From Acidimicrobiales bacterium (GTDB taxonomy: Bacteria > Actinomycetota > Acidimicrobiia > Acidimicrobiales > Aldehydirespiratoraceae), in contig OZ244029.1 of the NCBI GenBank assembly GCA_965214945.1, forward strand, positions 805,217-869,216: DNA of 64,000 nucleotides. The letters run 5' to 3'. The position numbers were made by a program, and so were the translations under genes. Shown here piece after piece: positions 49,038 through 57,493 of this stretch. The first letter of the stretch is position 1, and the number at the start of each line of letters is the position of its first letter. A model generated the notes under the pieces. The model was not told where the DNA came from and did no database searches. It saw only the letters and a list, made by a program, of their open reading frames with translations.

Positions 49038-50006
49038 GTGTTCGGAATTCCCGTCGACGAGGAACTGGTCGGCTCTTCAGCTCCACCCTTGCTCCTGGCC
49101 AAGGTGCAAGCCGAACCACAGAAGGCGTTCCCTGCCATCGCAAAGGACGGGGACGCCTGCGCGCAGATCGACCGAGCGGTGCGCAGCCTGCCGAGCATGC
49201 ATCGGCTGCACCATGGAGACAGCCGCCAGATCGATCTTGCACCGGAGAGTGTCGAGCTGGTGGTCACCTCCCCGCCGTACTGGACGCTGAAGAAGTACAA
49301 CGACCACGAGCGCCAGCTTGGCGAGATCGAGGACTATGACGAGTTCCTCGACGAGCTCGACGAGGTCTGGCGACGGGTCTACGACGCTCTTGTGCCTGGC
49401 GGCCGCATGGTGATCGTCGTCGGCGACGTCAACGTCTCACGGAAGGCCTTCGGACGGCACCTGATGTTCCCGCTGCACGCCAGCATCCAGGAACACTGCC
49501 GCACTATCGGATTCGACAACCTGGCCCCCATCATCTGGTACAAGATCGCCAACGCGCAATATGAGATGGGCGCCGGCGGCTTCTACGGGAAGCCCTACGA
49601 GCCCAACGGCGTGATCAAAAACGACATCGAGTACATCCTCTTCCAGCGCAAGCCCGGCGGCTACCGCAAGCCGGCCCTCACGGCCAGGCTGATGTCGGTG
49701 CTGTTCGCCGAGAATCACGCCGAGTGGTTCCAGCAGATCTGGCACATCGGCGGTGCCTCAACACGCGATCACCCTGCCCCGTTCCCGCTCTCCCTAGCCG
49801 AGCGGTTGGTTCGCATGTTCTCCTTCGTTGGCGACACCGTCTTCGACCCGTTCCTGGGAACCGGAACCACCTCCGCTGCGGCTGCCGGCTGGGGGCGGAA
49901 CAGCATCGGCTGCGAGGTCGACCCCGCCTACTTCGAGGGCTGCGTCTCTCGCTTACAGGAGGCCGTGAGCGCGTCACGGCAGACGGCCCTGGACCTGACG
50001 GCGTAG
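49038..50006 (+). CDS. orphan beta-class N4-C/N6-A DNA methyltransferase
   Basis: VVTSPPYW precedes HPAPFP and VFDPFLGTGTT; no adjacent REase. Confidence 0.9.
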   Translation: MFGIPVDEELVGSSAPPLLLAKVQAEPQKAFPAIAKDGDACAQIDRAVRSLPSMHRLHHGDSRQIDLAPESVELVVTSPPYWTLKKYNDHERQLGEIEDYDEFLDELDEVWRRVYDALVPGGRMVIVVGDVNVSRKAFGRHLMFPLHASIQEHCRTIGFDNLAPIIWYKIANAQYEMGAGGFYGKPYEPNGVIKNDIEYILFQRKPGGYRKPALTARLMSVLFAENHAEWFQQIWHIGGASTRDHPAPFPLSLAERLVRMFSFVGDTVFDPFLGTGTTSAAAAGWGRNSIGCEVDPAYFEGCVSRLQEAVSASRQTALDLTA

Positions 50007-50053
50007 CCATGGCCGAAGCGCCCGGCTCCATCAGGGCGAGGCGATGCAAGGGG

Positions 50054-52084
50054 TTAGGCGGCGGCGGGGGGCGGGCGCAGGCGGTCGGCTGCGGCTCGGG
50101 TGAGCCGGTCGAGGATGCCGGCGAGCAGCACGATGGCGATGCCTGCTTCGAAGCCGCGTCCGACGGCGTCGCTGCGAAGCAGAGCCCGCACCGTCTCGAG
50201 GCCGAGCCCGCCGCCACCGACGAGGCCGGCGATGACCACCATGGCCAGCACCAACATGATGGTCTGGTTGACCGCTGTCATGATCTGAGGCGCGGCAAGA
50301 GGCAGCTCGACGTCGCGCAGCCGCTGACGCCGGGTCGCTCCGAAGGAGGTGGCGGCTTCGAGAGTCTGCTTCGAGACGCTGCGCAGGCCGAGGTCGGTGA
50401 AGTGGATCGCCGCAGGCAGCGCGTACACGACGCTGGCGATGATTCCGGGCACCCGGCCCACGTTGAACAGCATGCTCACCGGCACCAGCAGCACGAAGCT
50501 CGGGATCGTCTGAAGGAAGTCTAGGACGGGCCGCACAACGGTACGGAGCCGGTCCGAGCGGGCCGTCAGGATGCCGATCGGCACGCCGAACAGCAGCGTG
50601 ACCCCGACCGCCACGAGCGTCTGGGCGAGGGTGTCCATCGACAGCTCCCACATCCCGAGCAGCCCGATGCCCAGCAGCGCCGCGCAGACGCCTGCGGCAA
50701 GGCGCCATCCTCCCAGCGCGAGCGCGATCGCTGCTGCGAGCGCCAACAGCACCGGCCACGCAATGTCCTGTGATAAAAGCTCGCGCAGGGGTGTCACCAG
50801 ACGGATCGTGATGAAGTCGCTGAACGGGCCGGTGCCGATGCCCCAGCCGGCGATATCGAAGAGATTGACCTGCGCCCAGTCGACGGCCTCGTCGATCAGA
50901 TTCGCAAAATGCAAGGTGACCGATCCCGGAAAGGCACGGACCCCGACCAGCCCGCCGATGAGTGTCGCAACCCCGATGGCTCCCGCGGCATAGCCGGCCG
51001 GGCGTCGTCGGATATAGCGGTCGGGCGTGGCCAGGCCGGAGAAGAACCGATCCAGCAGGATGGCCATGAAGACGATCGCCATGCCGGCCTCTGCGGCCCG
51101 GCCCACGTCGAGTCCCTGCAGCGATCGCAGCACAACCTGGCCGAGGCCTCCGGCGCCGATCAGCGCCGCGATGACCACCATGCTCATCGCCAGGTTGATC
51201 GTCTGGTTGGTTCCGACGAGGATCGCTGGGCGAGCCAGCGGCAGGCGCACCTTGCGTAGCGTCTGGCGGCTGGTTGCGCCGAACATGACCGACGCCTCGA
51301 TGGTCTCAGTGGGGACCTCGCGAATGCCGAGGTCGGTGGCTCGCACGACCGGAGGGAGCGCGAAGATCATCGTCGAGATCAAGGCGGGCACCCGGCCGAT
51401 CCCGAACAGCAGCACGAACGGCACCAGGTACACGAAGCCGGGCATCGTCTGCATCGTGTCGAGCAGCGGACGGATCAGACGCTGGGCTCGGTCGCTGCGT
51501 GAGGCGATTACGCCGAGCGGCACGCCGACAGCGACCGACAGGAGCACAGCCACGCCCATCAGGGCCAGCGTCTGGATGCCCTCGTCCCAGACCTCGACCA
51601 GCCCGAAGCCGGTGACTGCGCCTGCGGCCAGTGCCCCAGCCGCGGCGCCGCGAACCCACCACATCCCGAGCCATGCGCCGGCGATGTATGAGAACCAGGG
51701 GATCCAGCGCAGGATCGACTCCAGGCGGCGGATGGCCGAGTCGATGCTGTCGGCGATGGGATCGAGGATCACCGAGTACAGCCAGTGGGAGGTCTGGTTC
51801 TGGATCAGCCAGCGCCGGGCGTCGTCGATCGGGTCTGCAAGGTGAACGTTCCAGTCCTCGGGGAAGCCGTCGATCCCCGACAACAGCACCGACGCTGCGA
51901 CCACCGCCACAAGCCCGGCCGCGATCAGCGCTGCTGTCTTGCGTTGCAGGGCTGACAGCCTGGCGGGCCCCGGGTCGGCGGTATTGGCCGGGCTGGCTGG
52001 GTTGGCCGGACGGCCGGTCTCGCCCGGGTCGCTGGGTTGGCCGGGGTCGCCCTGTCCGTCGGTCTTGCCGGTTGCGGCGGTCAT
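50054..52084 (-). CDS. glycine betaine/proline ABC permease (fused double ProW-like)
   Basis: two repeats of P.LD..QT.P.FV and EA...FGAT..Q.L..V.LP.A EAA motifs. Confidence 0.92.
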   Translation of the reverse strand: MTAATGKTDGQGDPGQPSDPGETGRPANPASPANTADPGPARLSALQRKTAALIAAGLVAVVAASVLLSGIDGFPEDWNVHLADPIDDARRWLIQNQTSHWLYSVILDPIADSIDSAIRRLESILRWIPWFSYIAGAWLGMWWVRGAAAGALAAGAVTGFGLVEVWDEGIQTLALMGVAVLLSVAVGVPLGVIASRSDRAQRLIRPLLDTMQTMPGFVYLVPFVLLFGIGRVPALISTMIFALPPVVRATDLGIREVPTETIEASVMFGATSRQTLRKVRLPLARPAILVGTNQTINLAMSMVVIAALIGAGGLGQVVLRSLQGLDVGRAAEAGMAIVFMAILLDRFFSGLATPDRYIRRRPAGYAAGAIGVATLIGGLVGVRAFPGSVTLHFANLIDEAVDWAQVNLFDIAGWGIGTGPFSDFITIRLVTPLRELLSQDIAWPVLLALAAAIALALGGWRLAAGVCAALLGIGLLGMWELSMDTLAQTLVAVGVTLLFGVPIGILTARSDRLRTVVRPVLDFLQTIPSFVLLVPVSMLFNVGRVPGIIASVVYALPAAIHFTDLGLRSVSKQTLEAATSFGATRRQRLRDVELPLAAPQIMTAVNQTIMLVLAMVVIAGLVGGGGLGLETVRALLRSDAVGRGFEAGIAIVLLAGILDRLTRAAADRLRPPPAAA

Positions 52085-52230
52085 CGGGCAGCGAGGATGT
52101 CTGCCACGTCGGCGTGGCGGAGTGTGCCGACGACAGCGCCTTCGGGGTTCACCACCCGCAGCGGATCCGAGCTGGATAGCAGTATAGGAAGCGACTCCTC
52201 GATCGTGAGCGACTCCTCGACCGTCGCCAT
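52081..52230 (-). pseudogene. remnant C-terminal CBS segment of a ProV-like ATPase
   Basis: MATVEESLTIEESLPILLSSSDPLRVVNPEGAVVGTLRHADVADILAAR*, ATGA-coupled to permease; ATPase core absent. Confidence 0.65.
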
Positions 52231-52982
52231 TCAGCGCGCCCCGTGGTGGACGCAGCAGGTGTCGAAGCTGAAGTCCTGGGCGCGCCGTTCAGCCCAGTAT
52301 TCTTCCCCTGACCACCGAGGGTCGATTACCCTTCCGATGACAACGATCGCTACGACCTCGGCTCCGGCAAGGGCAAGGGCCGATGCCGCACTCTGGGATC
52401 TCGCACCAGAGGTGAAGGTGTCATCGATCAGAAGCACGCGCTTGCCAGTCAGGTCACGCTCAGGATGGCGCACGACATAGCCGGTATCGCTTGCTCGGTT
52501 GTGGCCTATCGAGGTCGGTCCTCGTTCTAGTAGATCCTCGTACTCGTCGTAGGCAGAGGGGACACGCTGAAGCGCCCTAATCAGGGGGTGCTGATCAGCG
52601 CCGCGGTCGGTGCTCGACGGGACTCCCGTGATGGCCGACCAGTCGTCGCCTGCAGATTCAGCGATGCAAGTCCGATGCAGCCACAGGAAGTGGCACAGGA
52701 TTGAGATGACTCTGAGTGATGACTGGGCTCGGACCGCCCGTTGTCCGAGCGCTTGTAGCCGGCAAGCTCCTGGTGTAGCTGCGATGGGATCTCGTACAGG
52801 CTGACTGGCACGACTCGGCTGCATGGTCGAGATACTTGACGCATGACGTCTTCGCAACTCCAGCAGGTCTTGAAGCCCGGGTTCGGAGCGCCGTGGCAGA
52901 CATCGCACACCCCGTCTCCGGCTGGTGGAACCTCGACGCAGATCGACGCGAGGGGACCTGCGTAGTCGGCGACTGTTGCCAT
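52231..52982 (-). pseudogene. ComF-like Zn-ribbon phosphoribosyltransferase, frameshifted near 52740
   Basis: frame 1 MATVAD..CDVC..CWSC..LAGYKRSDN; frame 2 AVRAQSSLRV..VPSS..VLLIDDTFTSGA (PRPP motif)..CCVH. Confidence 0.8.
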
Positions 52983-52990
52983 GCCAACTC

Positions 52991-53905
52991 TTAGAAGATG
53001 GCAAGTTGATCAGCCGGGCACTGCTCTGCATCGATGACTGCGAGAACCTCGTCGACGGAGTCGACCACTGTAGCCCCTAGCCGGTTGGCGTACCGCTGCG
53101 CCCACTCCTCGCGAAGAACAAGCGACCTGATGAGGAAGAGCCGCTTGCCATGCTCGAGCGCGAGGCGGGCCTGCATCTTGGCACCGCTTGTGCTGCCGGC
53201 TTCGATAACCACAGTGCCTACGGCTACACCGCTTGTGACGATGTTGCGAAGCGGGAAGTTCTGGCGCCTGGGAGGAGAGCCCGGCCAGAACTGAGAGAGA
53301 AGCGCTCCTCGCTCCGCGATTCGGTGCGAGAGTTCACGGTTCGCGGCCGGGTACACCTTGTCGATACCGGTGCCCATCACGGCGACGGTTCGTCCTCCGG
53401 CGGCCAGGGCTGACTCGTGGGCAACGGTGTCCACACCCGCAGCCATCCCGGAGATGACCGTCACGCCCCGTTCAGCGAGCTGCGTCGCCAGGTGTCTCGC
53501 CTGTTTGGCCCCGTTTGCGCTCACCTGCCTGGTGCCGACAACCGCGATGGAGCGATCGTCGCTGGGATCGAGAGCCCCTCGAACGAACAGGAACGGCGGC
53601 CTGTTGTAGATGCGGCGGAGGTTGAGCGGGTACTCGTCGTCGTTGACGGTGAGCAGTGACGTCTCGGGTACCGCATCGAAGGTGTTGGACACGACCCGCC
53701 GCCAGCGAGCTATGGCATCTGCGGTTACTCCGGCACGAGCACGCCAGCCGAGTTCCAGCAGACGCTCGTCGTAGGAGGTGAAGTCACCCTCGACGAGTGC
53801 CTGAGCGGAGCCTACCTCCTCGAGAACCTCGGAGAGCTCGTACCACGGCCCGTCCCAGGTCGCCGTCAGGGCGAGCGTTACCGCTGCTTCGTTGAGCGAC
53901 GCCAT
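52991..53905 (-). CDS. dprA: DprA/Smf-family ssDNA-binding protein
   Basis: YPLNL..PPFLFVRG, AVVGTR, ISGMAAGVDT.AH, AVMGTGID.VYP, FPLRN, VIEAG.TSGA. Confidence 0.92.
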   Translation of the reverse strand: MASLNEAAVTLALTATWDGPWYELSEVLEEVGSAQALVEGDFTSYDERLLELGWRARAGVTADAIARWRRVVSNTFDAVPETSLLTVNDDEYPLNLRRIYNRPPFLFVRGALDPSDDRSIAVVGTRQVSANGAKQARHLATQLAERGVTVISGMAAGVDTVAHESALAAGGRTVAVMGTGIDKVYPAANRELSHRIAERGALLSQFWPGSPPRRQNFPLRNIVTSGVAVGTVVIEAGSTSGAKMQARLALEHGKRLFLIRSLVLREEWAQRYANRLGATVVDSVDEVLAVIDAEQCPADQLAIF

Positions 53906-54189
53906 CGCTAGCCGGTTCCCACTGTGTCAGAACCCTGAATGACGAACATACGTTCCAGTTTAGGCAGCTCCTGCGCGCTGCGTATGCCCAGCGCGTGAGT
54001 CGCAGACTGCGCCCCATCCTGCCATCTCGACGCGCACGGTGCCGACTTGTCGGCGAAACGGCTCTGCTTGACGCCTGGTATGCATGAAAGCTGCATCGGT
54101 TGGACTGGGTGATGTAAAATTTCATACATGCCTGCCGTGTCAGCCCTAGACCGGCTGCGTGAGGCCGGCCCGATCGAGGAGGTCAGCTG

Positions 54190-54594
54190 ATGGGGTGGCT
54201 GAAGAAGCTACTGGATGGGTGGCTGACACCGGTCCAGGATGGGCGGCTGACACCGGGCGAGCCGGCGAGCTACGACCACACGCTGAATGTCGCCGGGGTG
54301 TCGTACCGCCGGGGATACCCGAAGTCGCTGCTGCGACTGCAAGGCAGCGGCGACCGCAAGTTCTTCGACTGCGAGCTGGTCCGTGAACCTGACAACCCTC
54401 ACGACCGCAACGCCGTCGCCGTTCACGTCGACAACATCGGCAAGGTCGGCTACCTGCCCCGCGGGGACGCGAAGCGGTTCGCGGCGATGCTCGACCGTGG
54501 CGACCTACTGCGTGCCCGAGGGTCCGTCTACGTCAAACCCAACCACCCGAACAGCCCAGGTGTGCGCCTGTGGCTATGGGAGGACGAGCCGTGA
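54190..54594 (+). CDS. HIRAN domain protein
   Basis: VAGVSYR, LVREPDNPHDRNAVAV, KVGYLPR. Confidence 0.85.
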   Translation: MGWLKKLLDGWLTPVQDGRLTPGEPASYDHTLNVAGVSYRRGYPKSLLRLQGSGDRKFFDCELVREPDNPHDRNAVAVHVDNIGKVGYLPRGDAKRFAAMLDRGDLLRARGSVYVKPNHPNSPGVRLWLWEDEP

Positions 54595-54666
54595 TCGTGC
54601 ACGTCTACGTCGAACGAGATCTGCGGACTAGCTCCAATCGGGGGTGAGATGACTGATGCGGCGCGA

Positions 54667-55053
54667 TCAGACTGGCTGATTGAACTCGAACTGGTTTCCG
54701 GCGGGATCGAAGAAGAAGGCCTGGCGCAGCCCCTCGATCGCACGGGACTCGGACACTTCGATCCCCTGGCTCCGCAGACGGGCGACCTCGGCGTCGAGAT
54801 CCTCGGACCGAAACGCCAGATGCGCGCCGGCGGGGGCTTCGTAGTTCGGGTCCTCGATCAGATGGACATCGACGCCATTGCCCGAGGCCAGCCATGCTCC
54901 GGGCACCCCCAAATCGGGCCGAGGCAGGACATCGAGCCCCAGGGCCTCGGTGTAGAACGGCAGCGCAGCTTCGAGGTCGCTGACCATGAGCGCCACGTGG
55001 TTGAGTGCCAGCACGCCCGGCTGCGGCCCTGGCTTGGTTTCGGCGCCCGACAT
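54667..55053 (-). CDS. VOC/glyoxalase family protein
   Basis: LNHVALMVSDL..ALPFY..LGL, HLAF, FFFDPAGNQFE. Confidence 0.88.
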   Translation of the reverse strand: MSGAETKPGPQPGVLALNHVALMVSDLEAALPFYTEALGLDVLPRPDLGVPGAWLASGNGVDVHLIEDPNYEAPAGAHLAFRSEDLDAEVARLRSQGIEVSESRAIEGLRQAFFFDPAGNQFEFNQPV

Positions 55054-55279
55054 GATATCTCCGATCTGTCTCTGATCTCTGGCTAAGAGCGCTGTTCTTG
55101 CCTTCTCCGAGCGAGGCTAGAACGCCTGCTCTGTAAGTGCCAAAGGAGGCCAGACCCGTCCCACGAGATCGCGACGACGCTATATGCCCGCGAAGGCAGG
55201 CTGCCCGCGACAAGGCTCAGGCTCGGCTGGCAGTTCCGTCGCAGCGAGCTGCTACCTTCCTCGCATGAGGTGCGAAGCA

Positions 55280-56446
55280 ATGAGCGATGTGTATCTCGAC
55301 TACAACGGGTCTTCGCCTCTCGACAACCGCGTCACAGCCGCGATGATCCCGGTTCTCAGAGACGGCGTCGGAAATGCTTCATCACCCCATTGCTTCGGCA
55401 TGCGGCAGGCCGGCTTGGTCGAGGCGGCACGTGCCCAGGTAGCAGGGCTGGTAGGAGGCCGAACTAGCGGCGTGATCTTCACCGCCGGAGCAACCGAAGC
55501 CAACAACCACGCACTGCGCGGACTGCTCGAGACTGCAGATCCTGGATGTCGACGAATCCTCGTGTCAGCAGTCGAGCACGCCTCCATTCGCGAAACAGCT
55601 GCCTGGATCAGCCAGCAGTCGCTAGCGAAGGTTCAGACCATTCCTGTCGAACCGGGCGGTTACGTCGATCTCGACGCGCTTGACAATCTGCTCAGCAACG
55701 ATGTCCTCCTTGTGTCCGTCATGGCGGCGAACAGCGAGACCGGTGTGCTCAACCCCATCAGCGAGGTTGCCGACCTTGCTCACGCTGTCGGTGCTCTCGT
55801 GCATTGCGATGCCACGCAACAGGTAGGACGGCTGCCGTTTCACGCGGATGATTTAGGCGTCGACCTCCTGTCGATCAGTGGCCACAAGATCTGCGGGCCA
55901 GCAGGAGTTGGAGCGCTGGTCGGTTCACGAGCTGCCTTGAAGCGGATGCGACCTCTGATTCACGGCGGCGGGCACGAACGAGGACTTCGTTCAGGCTCGC
56001 TCAATGTTGCAGGCATCGTCGGGCTTGGATCTGCTGCGGAGCTAGCGGCTACAGAGGGCGACGCCGATTCATCACGGATCAGCCCGCTTCGGGACCGGCT
56101 AGTTCACGGCGTCATGGATCGCCTCGACGGGGTGATCGAGATCGGCGATGTCACACGGCGACTGCCGAACACGGCCGACGTGCGATTTGTGAGGGCAGAC
56201 GCAGAGGCCGTCATGGTCAATATGGGCCATGTTGCTGTCTCAGCTGGGAGTGCGTGCAGTGCCGGGACTATTGAGCCCTCGCCCGTACTGTTGGCGATGG
56301 GTATTGACCGCGACGCTGCCTCCGAAGTGATTCGGTTCAGTCTCGGGCGTTTCACCAATGCCGAGGAGATCGACTCCGCCGTTGAGAGCGTTGTCACAGC
56401 AGTTGACTACGTTCGTACCATGACCGGCGAAGGGGCTAGGCAATGA
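55280..56446 (+). CDS. sspA: cysteine desulfurase (SspA/DndA/IscS-like)
   Basis: YLDYNGSSP, FTAGATEANN, EHAS, HCDATQ, SGHK (PLP Lys), SAGSAC catalytic Cys; heads a DUF4007 operon. Confidence 0.88.
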   Translation: MSDVYLDYNGSSPLDNRVTAAMIPVLRDGVGNASSPHCFGMRQAGLVEAARAQVAGLVGGRTSGVIFTAGATEANNHALRGLLETADPGCRRILVSAVEHASIRETAAWISQQSLAKVQTIPVEPGGYVDLDALDNLLSNDVLLVSVMAANSETGVLNPISEVADLAHAVGALVHCDATQQVGRLPFHADDLGVDLLSISGHKICGPAGVGALVGSRAALKRMRPLIHGGGHERGLRSGSLNVAGIVGLGSAAELAATEGDADSSRISPLRDRLVHGVMDRLDGVIEIGDVTRRLPNTADVRFVRADAEAVMVNMGHVAVSAGSACSAGTIEPSPVLLAMGIDRDAASEVIRFSLGRFTNAEEIDSAVESVVTAVDYVRTMTGEGARQ

Positions 56447-57492
56447 AGCTGTTGGACGCAGCTGAGCCCGTGTTCGCTCGCCACGAGACGTTTCATCCGC
56501 GCTACGGCTGGTTCCGCAAGGCGTACTCATTTGCAGCACTCGACTCCGAGATCTTCAAAGCCGATGACGCTCCAGTCCGAATGGGCGTCGGTAAGAACAT
56601 GGTGCGAGCGATTCGATTCTGGGGCCAAGCAGCTAAGATAATCACGAAGGACCCGAATTCATCGAACCCACGATCTCCGGGCATGGTTCCGACGAGGATC
56701 GGGAAAGCCCTGTTCTCAGAAGGCGGCTGGGACCCCTACATGGAAGACCCGGGCACCGTCTGGCTGCTTCACTGGCTTCTGCTCGCACCGCCGTCGCACC
56801 TGCCTGTGTGGTGGTTGGCGTTCAACGAGTTCCATGCCGTCGAGTTCGAAGATGAGCTTCTCCACAGCGCAGTTGCTTCTCGACTTGAGCTCACTCCCGA
56901 GTGGAAGGCCCCTCATCAGTCCTCGCTCAAGAAGGACGTCAGTGCCCTCCTCCGGACATACGCCCCCGCTGAACGGCCCCGTCGGATCGCGTTGTACGAC
57001 GTTCTTGACTGCCCTCTGCGTGAACTCGGGCTGATCCGTCACTCTGCCGCTGGAGGTCACCGGTTCATCCTTGGACCAAAGCCGTCGCTCCCCATTGAGA
57101 TTCTTGGCTTCGCCATGCTCGACTACCTGGCCCGAGTAGGGAGCGCCGGGAACACGGTCACGCTCGCCCAACTCGTTGCTGAAGCGGGCTGTCCGGGCCT
57201 CGCCTTCAAGGTCAGCGAGTCAGACGTGCAAGATGCGCTGGGTTCTCTATGTGCGAGAACGGAGGGTCTCGAACTGCTCGCGCCTGCTGGAGTTCATCAA
57301 CTCTCCTGGACCCGCGATCCCGCGCACATCGCCGTGGATGTTCTCAACTCCTACTACGGAGTCGATATCAGCGACGTCCAGGCTGGCACTATCGGCGACA
57401 GACCCGCTGACACGGCGATACTCAACGAGTCATCCGACAACATGGTCGGCCTCAGTCAGGCCGCCGAGGCCGATCGCATCGGAGCGTCCTGA
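56443..57492 (+). CDS. sspB: DUF4007 protein (SspB/BrxA-like)
   Basis: FARHETFHPRYGWFRK, GVGKNMVRAIRFW, DPYMED..TVWLLHW, KDV..LLRTY, CPLRELGL. Confidence 0.88.
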   Translation: MKLLDAAEPVFARHETFHPRYGWFRKAYSFAALDSEIFKADDAPVRMGVGKNMVRAIRFWGQAAKIITKDPNSSNPRSPGMVPTRIGKALFSEGGWDPYMEDPGTVWLLHWLLLAPPSHLPVWWLAFNEFHAVEFEDELLHSAVASRLELTPEWKAPHQSSLKKDVSALLRTYAPAERPRRIALYDVLDCPLRELGLIRHSAAGGHRFILGPKPSLPIEILGFAMLDYLARVGSAGNTVTLAQLVAEAGCPGLAFKVSESDVQDALGSLCARTEGLELLAPAGVHQLSWTRDPAHIAVDVLNSYYGVDISDVQAGTIGDRPADTAILNESSDNMVGLSQAAEADRIGAS

Positions 57493-57493
57493 T

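Noticed and set aside
55280-56446. Housekeeping iscS/nifS for Fe-S assembly
   Set aside because: Stop overlaps the DUF4007 start and no isc/suf genes are adjacent; context indicates SspA
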